Below are positions 29,502-38,522 of a stretch of DNA of 41,450 nt, piece after piece. Under the pieces are notes generated by a model that was given only the letters and a program-made list of their open reading frames with translations, was not told the DNA's origin and searched no databases. The position numbers and the translations under genes are program-made. Source of the stretch: an uncultured Gemmatimonadota bacterium (GTDB lineage Bacteria > GCA-2686955); contig CAZBBK010000053.1 of the NCBI GenBank assembly GCA_964490075.1, positions 1-41,450 of the forward strand, given 5' to 3'. The first letter of the stretch is position 1. The number at the start of each line of letters is the position of its first letter.

Positions 29502-29511
29502 TGAGGAATCG

Positions 29512-30054
29512 TCAGCCCGGCCCCGAACGCCGGCGATACTCCTTCATCTCGCGGTACTCGCGACAGTTCCTGACGTAGGTGTGGGCAGCGAAGCGGATCA
29601 TCTCGCGCTCCTTGTCGTCGAGCTCGCGGAGGGCGCGAGCCGGACGGCCGATCGCGAAATGGCCGGGCGGGATCTCGGTGCCCGGGGTGACCAGCGAGCC
29701 GGCGCCGATCAGCACGTCGCTGCCGATCTTGGCGCCGTCCATGATGCAGCTCTGCATGCCGACCAGAATGCGGTCGCCGAGGTGGCAGGCGTGCAGGATC
29801 GCGCCGTGCCCGACCGATACATCATCGCCGATTCGCACGTCGAGCCCGCCGTTGGTCACGTGCAGCGCGCACAGATCCTGGATGTTGGTGCGGGCGCCGA
29901 TCGTGACCGGCTCCAGGTCGCCGCGCAGCACCGCTCCGAACCAGATCGAGCTTTCGGGTCCGATGGTGACGGCTCCGACCAGGTCGGCGGTGGGGGCGAC
30001 GAAGGCGCTTTCGGCGACCTTCGGTTGCAGGTGCAGATAGTGGAAGATCGGCAT
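29512..30054 (-). CDS. Gamma carbonic anhydrase family (YrdA/PaaY-like) protein
   Basis: IWFGAVLRGD, TNIQD..LH and VGHGAILHAC motifs with hexapeptide repeats. Confidence 0.93.
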   Translation of the reverse strand: MPIFHYLHLQPKVAESAFVAPTADLVGAVTIGPESSIWFGAVLRGDLEPVTIGARTNIQDLCALHVTNGGLDVRIGDDVSVGHGAILHACHLGDRILVGMQSCIMDGAKIGSDVLIGAGSLVTPGTEIPPGHFAIGRPARALRELDDKEREMIRFAAHTYVRNCREYREMKEYRRRSGPG

Positions 30055-30074
30055 GAGGAGCTTCTCGTTGCTGG

Positions 30075-30851
30075 TCAGGGATCGCTTCGGCGCTCCCCGG
30101 CGCGGCGGATCGCGTCGCGCTCGAAGCGCAGGATGTTGTCGGGCAGCGCGCGCCGGGTGGCCCAGTCGACCAGGAAGCGTGGAACCGAGCCGCCCGGATC
30201 GCTCACGGTGCGGAAGATTACCCGGAATCGCCCGCCCGCGAGGGGCAGGGTCTCCCAGGAGCCGATCGTGAGGGGCAGCTCGACGGCGCCGGGGTAGCGG
30301 GCCCGGATGTCGGCGCGCACCGCGGGGTAAGCGCTCGGAGGCAGCCGTGCCCAGTCGCCCCGGTGATGACCCGCCACGCCCTCGATGTCGCGCAGGTCGC
30401 GATTGCGGTTGAACCAGTAGCGCTTCGCCACCGGCGTGAAGCGCGGGCCGCGCATCACCTGGCAGAAGCTGCGTTCGCCGCGCTCCTCGGCGAGGCAGCT
30501 CGACTCGACCAGCACATCGTTGATCTCGGGATGGTGGCCCAGATCCGCGAGCGCGTCGAAGAGGGCGTCCGGGGTTGCGCCGGCGGCGAGCACCTTGTGC
30601 CCCATGAAGGCGGTGAGTCCGAGCCGCTCGATCGGCTTCTGGTAGACCTCGACCCCCTTGCGCTCGGCGTGAAACGACCACCCAGTCGAGTCGTCCAGGA
30701 TCGCCCGAATCCACACGGTCGAGTCGTGGCGCGCGACCGTCTTCAACGCCGGCATCTCCAACGGCTCTGGACGCTCCGGATCGCCCGCCGCGGAGGCGCC
30801 GCGGACGACCGAAGAAAGAGCGATCAGCGTGGCTGCGAGCAGGATGCGCAC
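30075..30851 (-). CDS. Secreted START/SRPBCC-like lipid-binding protein
   Basis: Signal peptide, W....RKGVEVY, and GSW..P.....DPGGSVPRFLVD typical of START domain C-termini. Confidence 0.65.
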   Translation of the reverse strand: MRILLAATLIALSSVVRGASAAGDPERPEPLEMPALKTVARHDSTVWIRAILDDSTGWSFHAERKGVEVYQKPIERLGLTAFMGHKVLAAGATPDALFDALADLGHHPEINDVLVESSCLAEERGERSFCQVMRGPRFTPVAKRYWFNRNRDLRDIEGVAGHHRGDWARLPPSAYPAVRADIRARYPGAVELPLTIGSWETLPLAGGRFRVIFRTVSDPGGSVPRFLVDWATRRALPDNILRFERDAIRRAGERRSDP

Positions 30852-30947
30852 GAGGCGGTGGGGATCGGGGGATGCGGATGATTGTCGAGAGCATAGACGG
30901 TTTTAGGCCAGGCGATGCAAGTGCCTGCGAACAAACAATTTGTGCTA

Positions 30948-30976
30948 TTGACGCGGGCGCGGCGCCTCGATAGCCT
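30948..30976 (+). promoter_or_regulatory. sigma70-type promoter of the ABC operon
   Basis: TTGACG-N17-TAGCCT. Confidence 0.7.
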
Positions 30977-31043
30977 GCGGCAACGTCCGCCGCAGCGCGC
31001 CGGCGGATGAGCGCCACTGCACCTGCTCCGATCCTGGAAACCC

Positions 31044-33050
31044 ATGCCAATGAACTGCTTGCGCCTTGCCTCGCTGGCCGCCTGCGGCCTGCTGCTGGCG
31101 GCGCCCGCCGGCGCGGCGACCTCGGCCGACCCCGGGGCCGTCGCGAAGACCGGGCCCGGCCCGGTGCCGGTCGACGTCTTTCATCCCGATCGCGACTCCG
31201 CCCTGACCCCCGCCTACGGCGGCCGGGTCGTCGTCCACCTCTCGTCGATGCCCGAGGGTCTGAATCGGGCGATCGAGAATTCCGCGGTGTCGAACTGGAT
31301 GCTCTACGAGCTCCACGATCGACTGGTGCTGCAGGACTGGGAGACCTGGGAGCTCGAGCCCAGCCTCTGCGAACGGTGGGACACCGAGGACCAGATCGTG
31401 CTGGTCGAGGGCGCGGCGGCGCGCCATCCGGGAGCCGCCCGGATCGGCCCCGAGGGCAAGGAACGGGCGATCCTCTTCGGACGAGTCACCGAGTCGGGGG
31501 ACGGCTACGACGTCGCTCCGCTCTCCAAAGGAAACCCGATCAGCGCCGGCGCCAAGGTGCACGTGCCACAGGCCGACGTGGCCTCGGTCGAGTACGGAAC
31601 AGTGTTTACCTTCTATCTGCTAGACGATGTTCACTGGCACGACGGCCATCCTTTTGACGCAGACGATGTTTTTTATAGCTGGGATATCTACAACAATCCG
31701 GAGGTCGACTGCGACGAGATCCGTTTCAGCTTCGATAAGATCCTGGCCGCGGAAGTGGTCGACAAGACCACCATTCGCTTTTTCTATGCGATCCAGTACT
31801 TCAAGGCGCTGGAAGTCCCCGGCGACATGTGCATTCTGCCGCGGCACCTCTACGATCTGACCGATCCCGACAACAAGAAGTTCGACGCCGCCACCCATTC
31901 CCACTACGCGAGCGATCACCAGTTCACCACCGCAGAGCTCGGGGACTACGTCAACGACAACCCTCACAACACCGCCTGGGTCGGCCTGGGGCCCTACAAG
32001 CTGACCAAGTGGGACTCGAAGTTCGTCGAGGCCGAGCGTTTCTCCGACTACCACGCTCCGGAAAAAGGCGGCTACCTCGATCGCATCGCCTGGCGTCATA
32101 TTCAGAACGACGATTCGGCTTTCCTGGCGCTGGTCAACGGTGAGCTCGACTTCTTCGCGCGGGTGCGCTCCGAAGACTACTTCGGAGAGGGGACCGCATC
32201 CGAGGCCTTTACCGGCAGCTTCTACAAGGGCTACTTCTTCACCGGCACCTACGGCTACGTGGGCTGGAACACCCTGCGCCCGCACCTGAAGGATGTGGCG
32301 GTGCGCAAGGCGCTGTGCCACGCCTTCAACTGGGAAGAGTACCTGCAGAGCAACTATCACGGCCTGGGACATCGGGTGAGCGGCCCGCAGAACTACTTCG
32401 GCGTGGGCTACAACCACGACGTGAAGCCGCTGAGCTACGATTTCGATCTCGCCGAGGAGATGCTGGCCGAGGCTGGATGGTACGACCGCGACGGCGACGG
32501 AGTGATCGACAAGGACGGAGTGCCGCTGGAGATCGAGTTCCTCTACCCGTCTGGCAACAAGGCGTCGGAGACGCTGGGATTGACGCTGCAAGAGGCCCAC
32601 GAGAAGCTCGGCATCAAGCTGGAGATGCGCAATCTGGAATGGTCGAGCTTCCTGGAGCGGATGCTGGAACGCAGCTTCGACGCCGTCAACCTGGCCTGGG
32701 TGCCGCCGCTGGAAAGCGATCCCGAGCAGCTCTGGCATTCCAGGTGGGGCAAACCGGAGCTGAAGAGCTCGAATATGTGCGGCGTGATGGACGACTATGT
32801 CGACGAGCTGATCGAGAAGGGGCAGAAGGAGCTCGACGAAGAGAAACGAGCCGCGCTCTGGCGCGAGCTCCACCGCTACATCCACGACGAGGTCCAGCCC
32901 TACATGTTCGGCGTCAACACCCCGCGCAAGTTCGCCATGAACCGGACCTTGCGCGGCTTCCAGGCCTTCAAGATCGCGCCCGGATACTCGATTCGGCGCT
33001 GGTACTATCCCGCCGGAACGCCGGGGACCCGGGCCGGAGTGGCCGAGTGA
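31044..33050 (+). CDS. Peptide/nickel ABC transporter substrate-binding protein (family 5)
   Basis: Signal peptide, WHDGHPFDADDV, GLGPYKL, VRKAL and LAEAGW motifs. Confidence 0.92.
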   Translation: MPMNCLRLASLAACGLLLAAPAGAATSADPGAVAKTGPGPVPVDVFHPDRDSALTPAYGGRVVVHLSSMPEGLNRAIENSAVSNWMLYELHDRLVLQDWETWELEPSLCERWDTEDQIVLVEGAAARHPGAARIGPEGKERAILFGRVTESGDGYDVAPLSKGNPISAGAKVHVPQADVASVEYGTVFTFYLLDDVHWHDGHPFDADDVFYSWDIYNNPEVDCDEIRFSFDKILAAEVVDKTTIRFFYAIQYFKALEVPGDMCILPRHLYDLTDPDNKKFDAATHSHYASDHQFTTAELGDYVNDNPHNTAWVGLGPYKLTKWDSKFVEAERFSDYHAPEKGGYLDRIAWRHIQNDDSAFLALVNGELDFFARVRSEDYFGEGTASEAFTGSFYKGYFFTGTYGYVGWNTLRPHLKDVAVRKALCHAFNWEEYLQSNYHGLGHRVSGPQNYFGVGYNHDVKPLSYDFDLAEEMLAEAGWYDRDGDGVIDKDGVPLEIEFLYPSGNKASETLGLTLQEAHEKLGIKLEMRNLEWSSFLERMLERSFDAVNLAWVPPLESDPEQLWHSRWGKPELKSSNMCGVMDDYVDELIEKGQKELDEEKRAALWRELHRYIHDEVQPYMFGVNTPRKFAMNRTLRGFQAFKIAPGYSIRRWYYPAGTPGTRAGVAE

Positions 33051-33069
33051 TCAACGGGAGCCGGAAACC

Positions 33070-34143
33070 GTGACTCAGTACATCACGCGGCGGATTCTGT
33101 GGGCGATCCCGACCATGCTGGGGATCATCCTGGTGATTCTCGGGCTGCTGCACGCCGCGCCGGGCGACCCGGCGACACAGATCTTGGGGCTCGGTGGCGG
33201 CAGCCAGGGAGAGATGTCGCAGGAAGGTGCCGACATCGAGGCGCGCATCGCCAAGTTCAAGCGCGAAAACGCTCTCGATCGCAACTTCGTGGTGCAGTAC
33301 ATCGGCTTCGTGGGGCCCTTCAACGTGCGCCCCGATGGCCACCAGTGGTTCGGCGGCGACGGACGCGATCCCTGGGGTGGGTTTCTGACCTTCGACTTCG
33401 GTGTCGAGCTCTTCAACAAGAATCAGTCGATCGGGACGGAGATCCGCAAACGCCTGAAAGAGGTCACGCTGCCGCTGGCGCTGATCTCGTCGTTTTTGAT
33501 CTATGCCATGGCGCTGCCGATCGGCATCTACTCGGCCAATCGTGTCGGCACCCGCAGCGACAAGGCGACCACGCTGGTGCTCTTCCTGCTCTACTCGATT
33601 CCGGTGTTCTGGGCCGGGTTGATGCTGCAGCTCGGCTTCGGCAAGACCATGCTCGACTGGCTGCCGGTGATCGGAATGCACAGCCGTGATGCCGACCGGA
33701 TGTCGCTGGCGGGCCAGAGCTGGGACACCGCGAAGCATGTGATTCTGCCGATCGCGGTGCTGACCTACGGCGGACTGGCTTACCTCTCGCGACAGATGCG
33801 CTCGGGCATGATCGAGGTGATCCACCAGGATTACATTCGCACCGCGCGCGCCAAGGGGCTGAGTGAGAAGGCCGTGGTGTTCAAGCACGCGCTGCGCAAC
33901 TCGGTGATCCCGGTGATCACGATCTTCGCGTCGATTCTGCCGATCATGATCGGCGGATCGTTGATCGTGGAGACGGTTTTCGACCTGCCCGGAATGGGCG
34001 AGTACATGTACAAGGGGCTACTGGAGCGGGACTACAACGTCATCATGGCAACCATGACTCTGTCGGGAGCGATGACCTTGGTGGGCATCCTGCTCTCCGA
34101 CCTCGCCTATGCCCTGGTCGACCCCCGAATCAGCTACTCGTAG
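33070..34143 (+). CDS. Peptide ABC transporter permease (OppB/DppB type)
   Basis: YITRRI, PGDPA, EAA-like DYIRTARAKGLSE..KHALRN and DPRI motifs. Confidence 0.93.
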   Translation: MTQYITRRILWAIPTMLGIILVILGLLHAAPGDPATQILGLGGGSQGEMSQEGADIEARIAKFKRENALDRNFVVQYIGFVGPFNVRPDGHQWFGGDGRDPWGGFLTFDFGVELFNKNQSIGTEIRKRLKEVTLPLALISSFLIYAMALPIGIYSANRVGTRSDKATTLVLFLLYSIPVFWAGLMLQLGFGKTMLDWLPVIGMHSRDADRMSLAGQSWDTAKHVILPIAVLTYGGLAYLSRQMRSGMIEVIHQDYIRTARAKGLSEKAVVFKHALRNSVIPVITIFASILPIMIGGSLIVETVFDLPGMGEYMYKGLLERDYNVIMATMTLSGAMTLVGILLSDLAYALVDPRISYS

Positions 34144-34152
34144 GACCAACGG

Positions 34153-35922
34153 ATGGCGAACCAGCACCTGCAAGACGAGATGGAGCAATCCTACTCGAAG
34201 GACTACTGGGATCTCGTGCTGGAGCAGCTGGGCAGAAACCGGCTCTTCAAACTGGCGCTGGGAGTGCTTGCCCTGCTCTACGCCTCCGCCGTCTACGCTC
34301 CTTTGATCGCCAACGATCGCCCCTATGTGCTCGAGGCGGCGAATTACCAACAATACGGCAAAGCGCTGCGCACCCTCTACCCCGCGACACTCGGTCTGGG
34401 GCGTGTGCTGCGGATGTCGCCCGAAGAGTACCAGGCCGATCGCACCGGCGGCTCGACGCTGTCGCACGCCGCTGCGTTGGCCAACGAGGAGCAGGCGGTG
34501 CGGGTCCAGGTGGCGACGCTGAAGTCGTACCTGGACGGCGGCCTGCACGCTCCACTCGATTCGCTGCTGGCCGAGATCGGGCGCGCCTCGGAAGCGGCCC
34601 GCGGCGGCCGGCCCGATCTCGCCCAGGAGATCGCCCTCGAGGCCAAGGCGCGCGCCAAGGTGATCCGTCGCGAGCTCCGGCCCCTCGATCGAGGCGGACC
34701 GGCGGCGGGGGGTGTGGAGCTCAGCGCGGTCCGCAACTACCCGCTCTTCGAGGCGATCAGTGCCGTTGAGGTTCTGTTCATGGCGTTGATGGCGCTGGCG
34801 CTGGGTTGGCCCTTGTGGAATCGGGCCGTCAACGGTTGGCTGTTGAAAGGCGACCGGGAGCGCATTCGCCGCCACCGCAAGTCGAAGTGGGTCGGCTCCC
34901 TCGCGCTGTCCGCCCTCCTGGCGCTCTTCTGGGGCGCGACGATCGGCGGTGAGGCGACCTTCAACATCGCCCCCTACAAGGATGCACTGACCAAGGGCGA
35001 GATCGTTCCGGAGCGGGTGGTCTTCCCGCCGATCAGCTACGGATTCGCCGAGACCCATCGCTTCGAGAACTTCCGGCCGCCGACCTGGGCCGCCAGCGCC
35101 GAGATGTCGGAGGAAGGCTACTACATGCGGGGAGCTCGGGTGCCCAGGGCCGACCGGGTGAGCGGCTTCATGCCGCCGCCGACGCCGGTCGAGGTGCGTT
35201 TCGCCGAGGCCGACCGCAACAGCGGCACGCGCCACTTCTTGGGCACCGACTCGGTGGGGCGGGACTTCTTGACCCGTTTGCTCTGGGGCGGGCGCGTGAG
35301 TCTGTCGGTGGGATTGGTTTCGGCCTTTCTGTTGGTCGTCATCGGCACCATCGTCGGCGCGGTGGCCGGCTTCTTCGGGGATCGTACCGACATTGTGATC
35401 TCACGGTTCATCGAGGTGGTGATCTGCGTACCGCCCCTCTTTCTGATCCTGATGGTATCGGCTTTCGTCGATCCCGAGACGATTCCGCCGATCTTCTCGA
35501 TCGTGATCATCATCGCGCTGGTGCGCTGGACTGGAGTCGCTCGGCTGACGCGGGGCGAGTTCTTGGGACTGCGCGAGACAGAGTTCGCACTGGCGGCTCG
35601 AGCGCTCGGGCTGTCGTCGAGACGCACCATCTTCGTCCACATTCTGCCCAACGCGCTGGCGCCGGTGCTGGTCGCCGGTGCATTTGCCGTCGCCTCGGGA
35701 ATCCTGATGGAGTCGACTCTGTCGTTCTTGGGATTCGGGATTCAGCATCCGGTTCCCTCCTGGGGGTCGCTGATCAACGAGTCGCGAATGGCGGAACACT
35801 GGTGGATCCAGATTTTCCCGGGTCTACTGATCTTTATCACGATCACCTGCTACAACCAGGTCGGCGACGCCTTTCGCGATGCGCTCGACCCCAAGATGAA
35901 GAGGCACCTGGTCGATGGATGA
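34153..35922 (+). CDS. Peptide ABC transporter permease (OppC/DppC type) with a large insertion
   Basis: YW....NRL N-terminus, [26 protein letters not shown] and [11 protein letters not shown]. Length 589 aa. Confidence 0.9.
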   Translation: MANQHLQDEMEQSYSKDYWDLVLEQLGRNRLFKLALGVLALLYASAVYAPLIANDRPYVLEAANYQQYGKALRTLYPATLGLGRVLRMSPEEYQADRTGGSTLSHAAALANEEQAVRVQVATLKSYLDGGLHAPLDSLLAEIGRASEAARGGRPDLAQEIALEAKARAKVIRRELRPLDRGGPAAGGVELSAVRNYPLFEAISAVEVLFMALMALALGWPLWNRAVNGWLLKGDRERIRRHRKSKWVGSLALSALLALFWGATIGGEATFNIAPYKDALTKGEIVPERVVFPPISYGFAETHRFENFRPPTWAASAEMSEEGYYMRGARVPRADRVSGFMPPPTPVEVRFAEADRNSGTRHFLGTDSVGRDFLTRLLWGGRVSLSVGLVSAFLLVVIGTIVGAVAGFFGDRTDIVISRFIEVVICVPPLFLILMVSAFVDPETIPPIFSIVIIIALVRWTGVARLTRGEFLGLRETEFALAARALGLSSRRTIFVHILPNALAPVLVAGAFAVASGILMESTLSFLGFGIQHPVPSWGSLINESRMAEHWWIQIFPGLLIFITITCYNQVGDAFRDALDPKMKRHLVDG

Positions 35923-36955
35923 CGCCACCCAACCCAGCGCCGATGCCCCCTGTGCGACGACTCCGCCCCGAGCACTCCTCGAGGTGCGCGATCTGCGCAC
36001 CTACTTCAGCGGAGACGAGGGGATCTCCAAGGCGGTCGACGGCGTGAGCTACACCGTGCTGGAGGGGGAGACGCTCGGCATCGTGGGGGAGTCGGGCTGC
36101 GGCAAGTCGGTGAGCGCGCTCTCGATCATGCGATTGGTGCCGCAGCCGCCTGGCTTTTTTGCGGGCGGCGAGGTGCTGTTCAAGGGAGACAACCTGCTCG
36201 AGGTCTCCGAGGAGCGGATCCGCGAGATTCGCGGCAACCAGATCTCGATGATCTTCCAGGAGCCGATGACGGCGCTCAATCCGGTCTTCACCGTCGGCGA
36301 CCAGATCATGGAGACGGCGATCCTGCACGAAAGGATCGACCGCGGGGCCGCCCGGGCGCGGGCCATCGAGATGGTCGACAAGGTCGGCATTCCCAGCCCG
36401 GAGCAGCGCGTCGACGAGTACCCCCACCAGCTATCGGGCGGGATGCGCCAGCGGGTGATGATCGCCATGGCGATGATCTGCAATCCCGCGCTCTTGATCG
36501 CCGACGAACCGACCACCGCGCTCGACGTGACGATTCAGGCACAGATTCTGGCGTTGATTCGGGAGCTGCAAGAGCGCGAGGGCATGAGCGTCTTACTGAT
36601 CACGCACGACCTCGCGGTGGTGGCCGAGAATGCCCACCATGTCGCGGTGATGTACGCCGGCAAAGTGGTGGAGTACGCCGCGGTCGAGGAGCTCTACGAG
36701 AACCCGAAGCACCCGTACACGATCGGTCTGTTCCGCTCGTTGCCCGATCTGGCCGCCCCGGAGGATCGCCTCTTCACCATTCCGGGAATCGTGCCGAGCG
36801 CCTTTCAATTCCCCAGCGGCTGCCGTTTCCGCACCCGCTGCCCGATCGCGACCGATGCCTGCGCAAGTGACGAACCGCCCTTGGTGCCGCTCGAGGAAGA
36901 CGGTGCCCACACCGCGGCCTGCCACCATCTCCAGGAAGCCGAGCGTCTGCGATGA
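35915..36955 (+). CDS. Peptide ABC transporter ATPase (OppD/DppD)
   Basis: [24 protein letters not shown] and C-terminal GCRFRTRC. Confidence 0.95.
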   Translation: MDDATQPSADAPCATTPPRALLEVRDLRTYFSGDEGISKAVDGVSYTVLEGETLGIVGESGCGKSVSALSIMRLVPQPPGFFAGGEVLFKGDNLLEVSEERIREIRGNQISMIFQEPMTALNPVFTVGDQIMETAILHERIDRGAARARAIEMVDKVGIPSPEQRVDEYPHQLSGGMRQRVMIAMAMICNPALLIADEPTTALDVTIQAQILALIRELQEREGMSVLLITHDLAVVAENAHHVAVMYAGKVVEYAAVEELYENPKHPYTIGLFRSLPDLAAPEDRLFTIPGIVPSAFQFPSGCRFRTRCPIATDACASDEPPLVPLEEDGAHTAACHHLQEAERLR

Positions 36956-37956
36956 CCCAGATCCCATCACGCAGCAACAACCTGATCGAGGTGCGTCACC
37001 TCAAGAAGTACTTCCCGATCATGAAGGGGGTGATTCAGCGCCGCGTGGGTGACGTCAAGGCGGTCGACGATGTGTCGTTCGACGTGGGTCAACAGGAGAC
37101 GCTGAGCCTGGTCGGGGAATCGGGCTGCGGCAAGACGACGACCGGCCGGACCTTGTTGCGGCTGCTCGATCCGACCGGAGGAAGGGCCCATTACTACCCG
37201 GGCGATGGGCTCGACCGGGTCGATCTCTTCGCCCTGTCTGGCAGAGAGATGCGGCCCTGGCGCAGCCACCTGCAGGTGATCTTCCAGGATCCCTACTCGA
37301 GCCTCAACCCGCGCTTGACGGTCGGCAACATCATCGGCGAGCCGCTGCGGGTGCACGGAGTGACCAAGGGGGCGGAGACCGAGGAGCGGGTGGCGGAGCT
37401 GCTGGTCAAGGTCGGTCTGCTGGCCGACGCTCTGAACCGCTTTCCCCACGAGTTCTCGGGCGGCCAGCGGCAACGCATCGGGATCGCGCGCGCCCTGGCG
37501 CTGGAGCCGAAGTTCATCGTCTGCGACGAGGCGGTGAGCGCTCTCGACGTGTCGATTCAGGCGCAGGTGATCAACCTGCTCAAGGACCTGCAGGACGAGT
37601 TCCGGCTCTCATACATGTTCATTGCCCACGATCTGTCGGTGGTGAAGTACATCTCCGATCGGATCGCCGTCATGTACCTGGGGCGAATCGTCGAAATCGC
37701 CGCCACCGCCGAGCTCTTCGACAATCCGAAGCACCCCTACACGCAGGCGTTGCTGTCGTCGGTTCCTTCGGCCAACCCCCGGATGCGCAAGGCCTTCATC
37801 CCGCTGCAAGGCGACGTGCCCTCACCGATCGACCCGCCGCGCGGTTGCCATTTCCGCGAGCGCTGCCCGGTGGCGGAGCCGCGCTGCCGCGAGAGCTATC
37901 CGGAGCACGTGGCGGTCGGGGAGGGGCACACGGCGGCGTGTCACCTGCTCGCGTAG
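36952..37956 (+). CDS. Peptide ABC transporter ATPase (OppF/DppF)
   Basis: [24 protein letters not shown] and GCHFRERC. Confidence 0.95.
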   Translation: MTQIPSRSNNLIEVRHLKKYFPIMKGVIQRRVGDVKAVDDVSFDVGQQETLSLVGESGCGKTTTGRTLLRLLDPTGGRAHYYPGDGLDRVDLFALSGREMRPWRSHLQVIFQDPYSSLNPRLTVGNIIGEPLRVHGVTKGAETEERVAELLVKVGLLADALNRFPHEFSGGQRQRIGIARALALEPKFIVCDEAVSALDVSIQAQVINLLKDLQDEFRLSYMFIAHDLSVVKYISDRIAVMYLGRIVEIAATAELFDNPKHPYTQALLSSVPSANPRMRKAFIPLQGDVPSPIDPPRGCHFRERCPVAEPRCRESYPEHVAVGEGHTAACHLLA

Positions 37957-37973
37957 AGCGGCCGCACCTGATT

Positions 37974-38414
37974 TCAGTTCTCGAACACAACCTGGCACAG
38001 CGCCGCACTTCCGCGGGCGAAGTAAAGCGTGTAGCTGCTGTCGTCGATGTCGGCCCAGTGGACCACCTCGTAGCGCCGCCCGGTCCACGGATGAGTCACT
38101 CGACCGACCCGCCAGCGGCCCGAATCGAGCGGGATCTCCACGCCTTCCGCCCCGGGCACCGTGCGGAACTTGAGGACCGGCTCCCAGAGCAGGGCGCGGC
38201 TGGTGGCGAAGCGCCGGGAGCCAGGAGCATTCGGGGCTGCTTCGATGGCGTGCAGGAGCTCGAGGTCGGAGAGGGGGCTCAGCTCCGTGGGGGAGATTCC
38301 CAGCTCGTAGAGCAGCGAGCTCTCGGGCCCCAGCTCGGGGCCGCAGCCCGCCAACCGGGGCCCGGTGATCTGCGTCCCCAGAGATGCGCAGACGATGATC
38401 CAGAAGAGTGTCAC
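37974..38414 (-). CDS. Hypothetical exported protein
   Basis: Hydrophobic N-terminus, protein-like composition (HWADIDDSSY) and fills the gap between two genes. Confidence 0.55.
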   Translation of the reverse strand: MTLFWIIVCASLGTQITGPRLAGCGPELGPESSLLYELGISPTELSPLSDLELLHAIEAAPNAPGSRRFATSRALLWEPVLKFRTVPGAEGVEIPLDSGRWRVGRVTHPWTGRRYEVVHWADIDDSSYTLYFARGSAALCQVVFEN

Positions 38415-38522
38415 GATTTGCTCCAGACGGGGTCGATCTTGACCCTCGCGGGTTCAGTAGACGCGGGGAAACGGGCGCTTGCACCCGCGACTCCGACTGC
38501 CCTGCAGCAATCGGGCCAGAGG

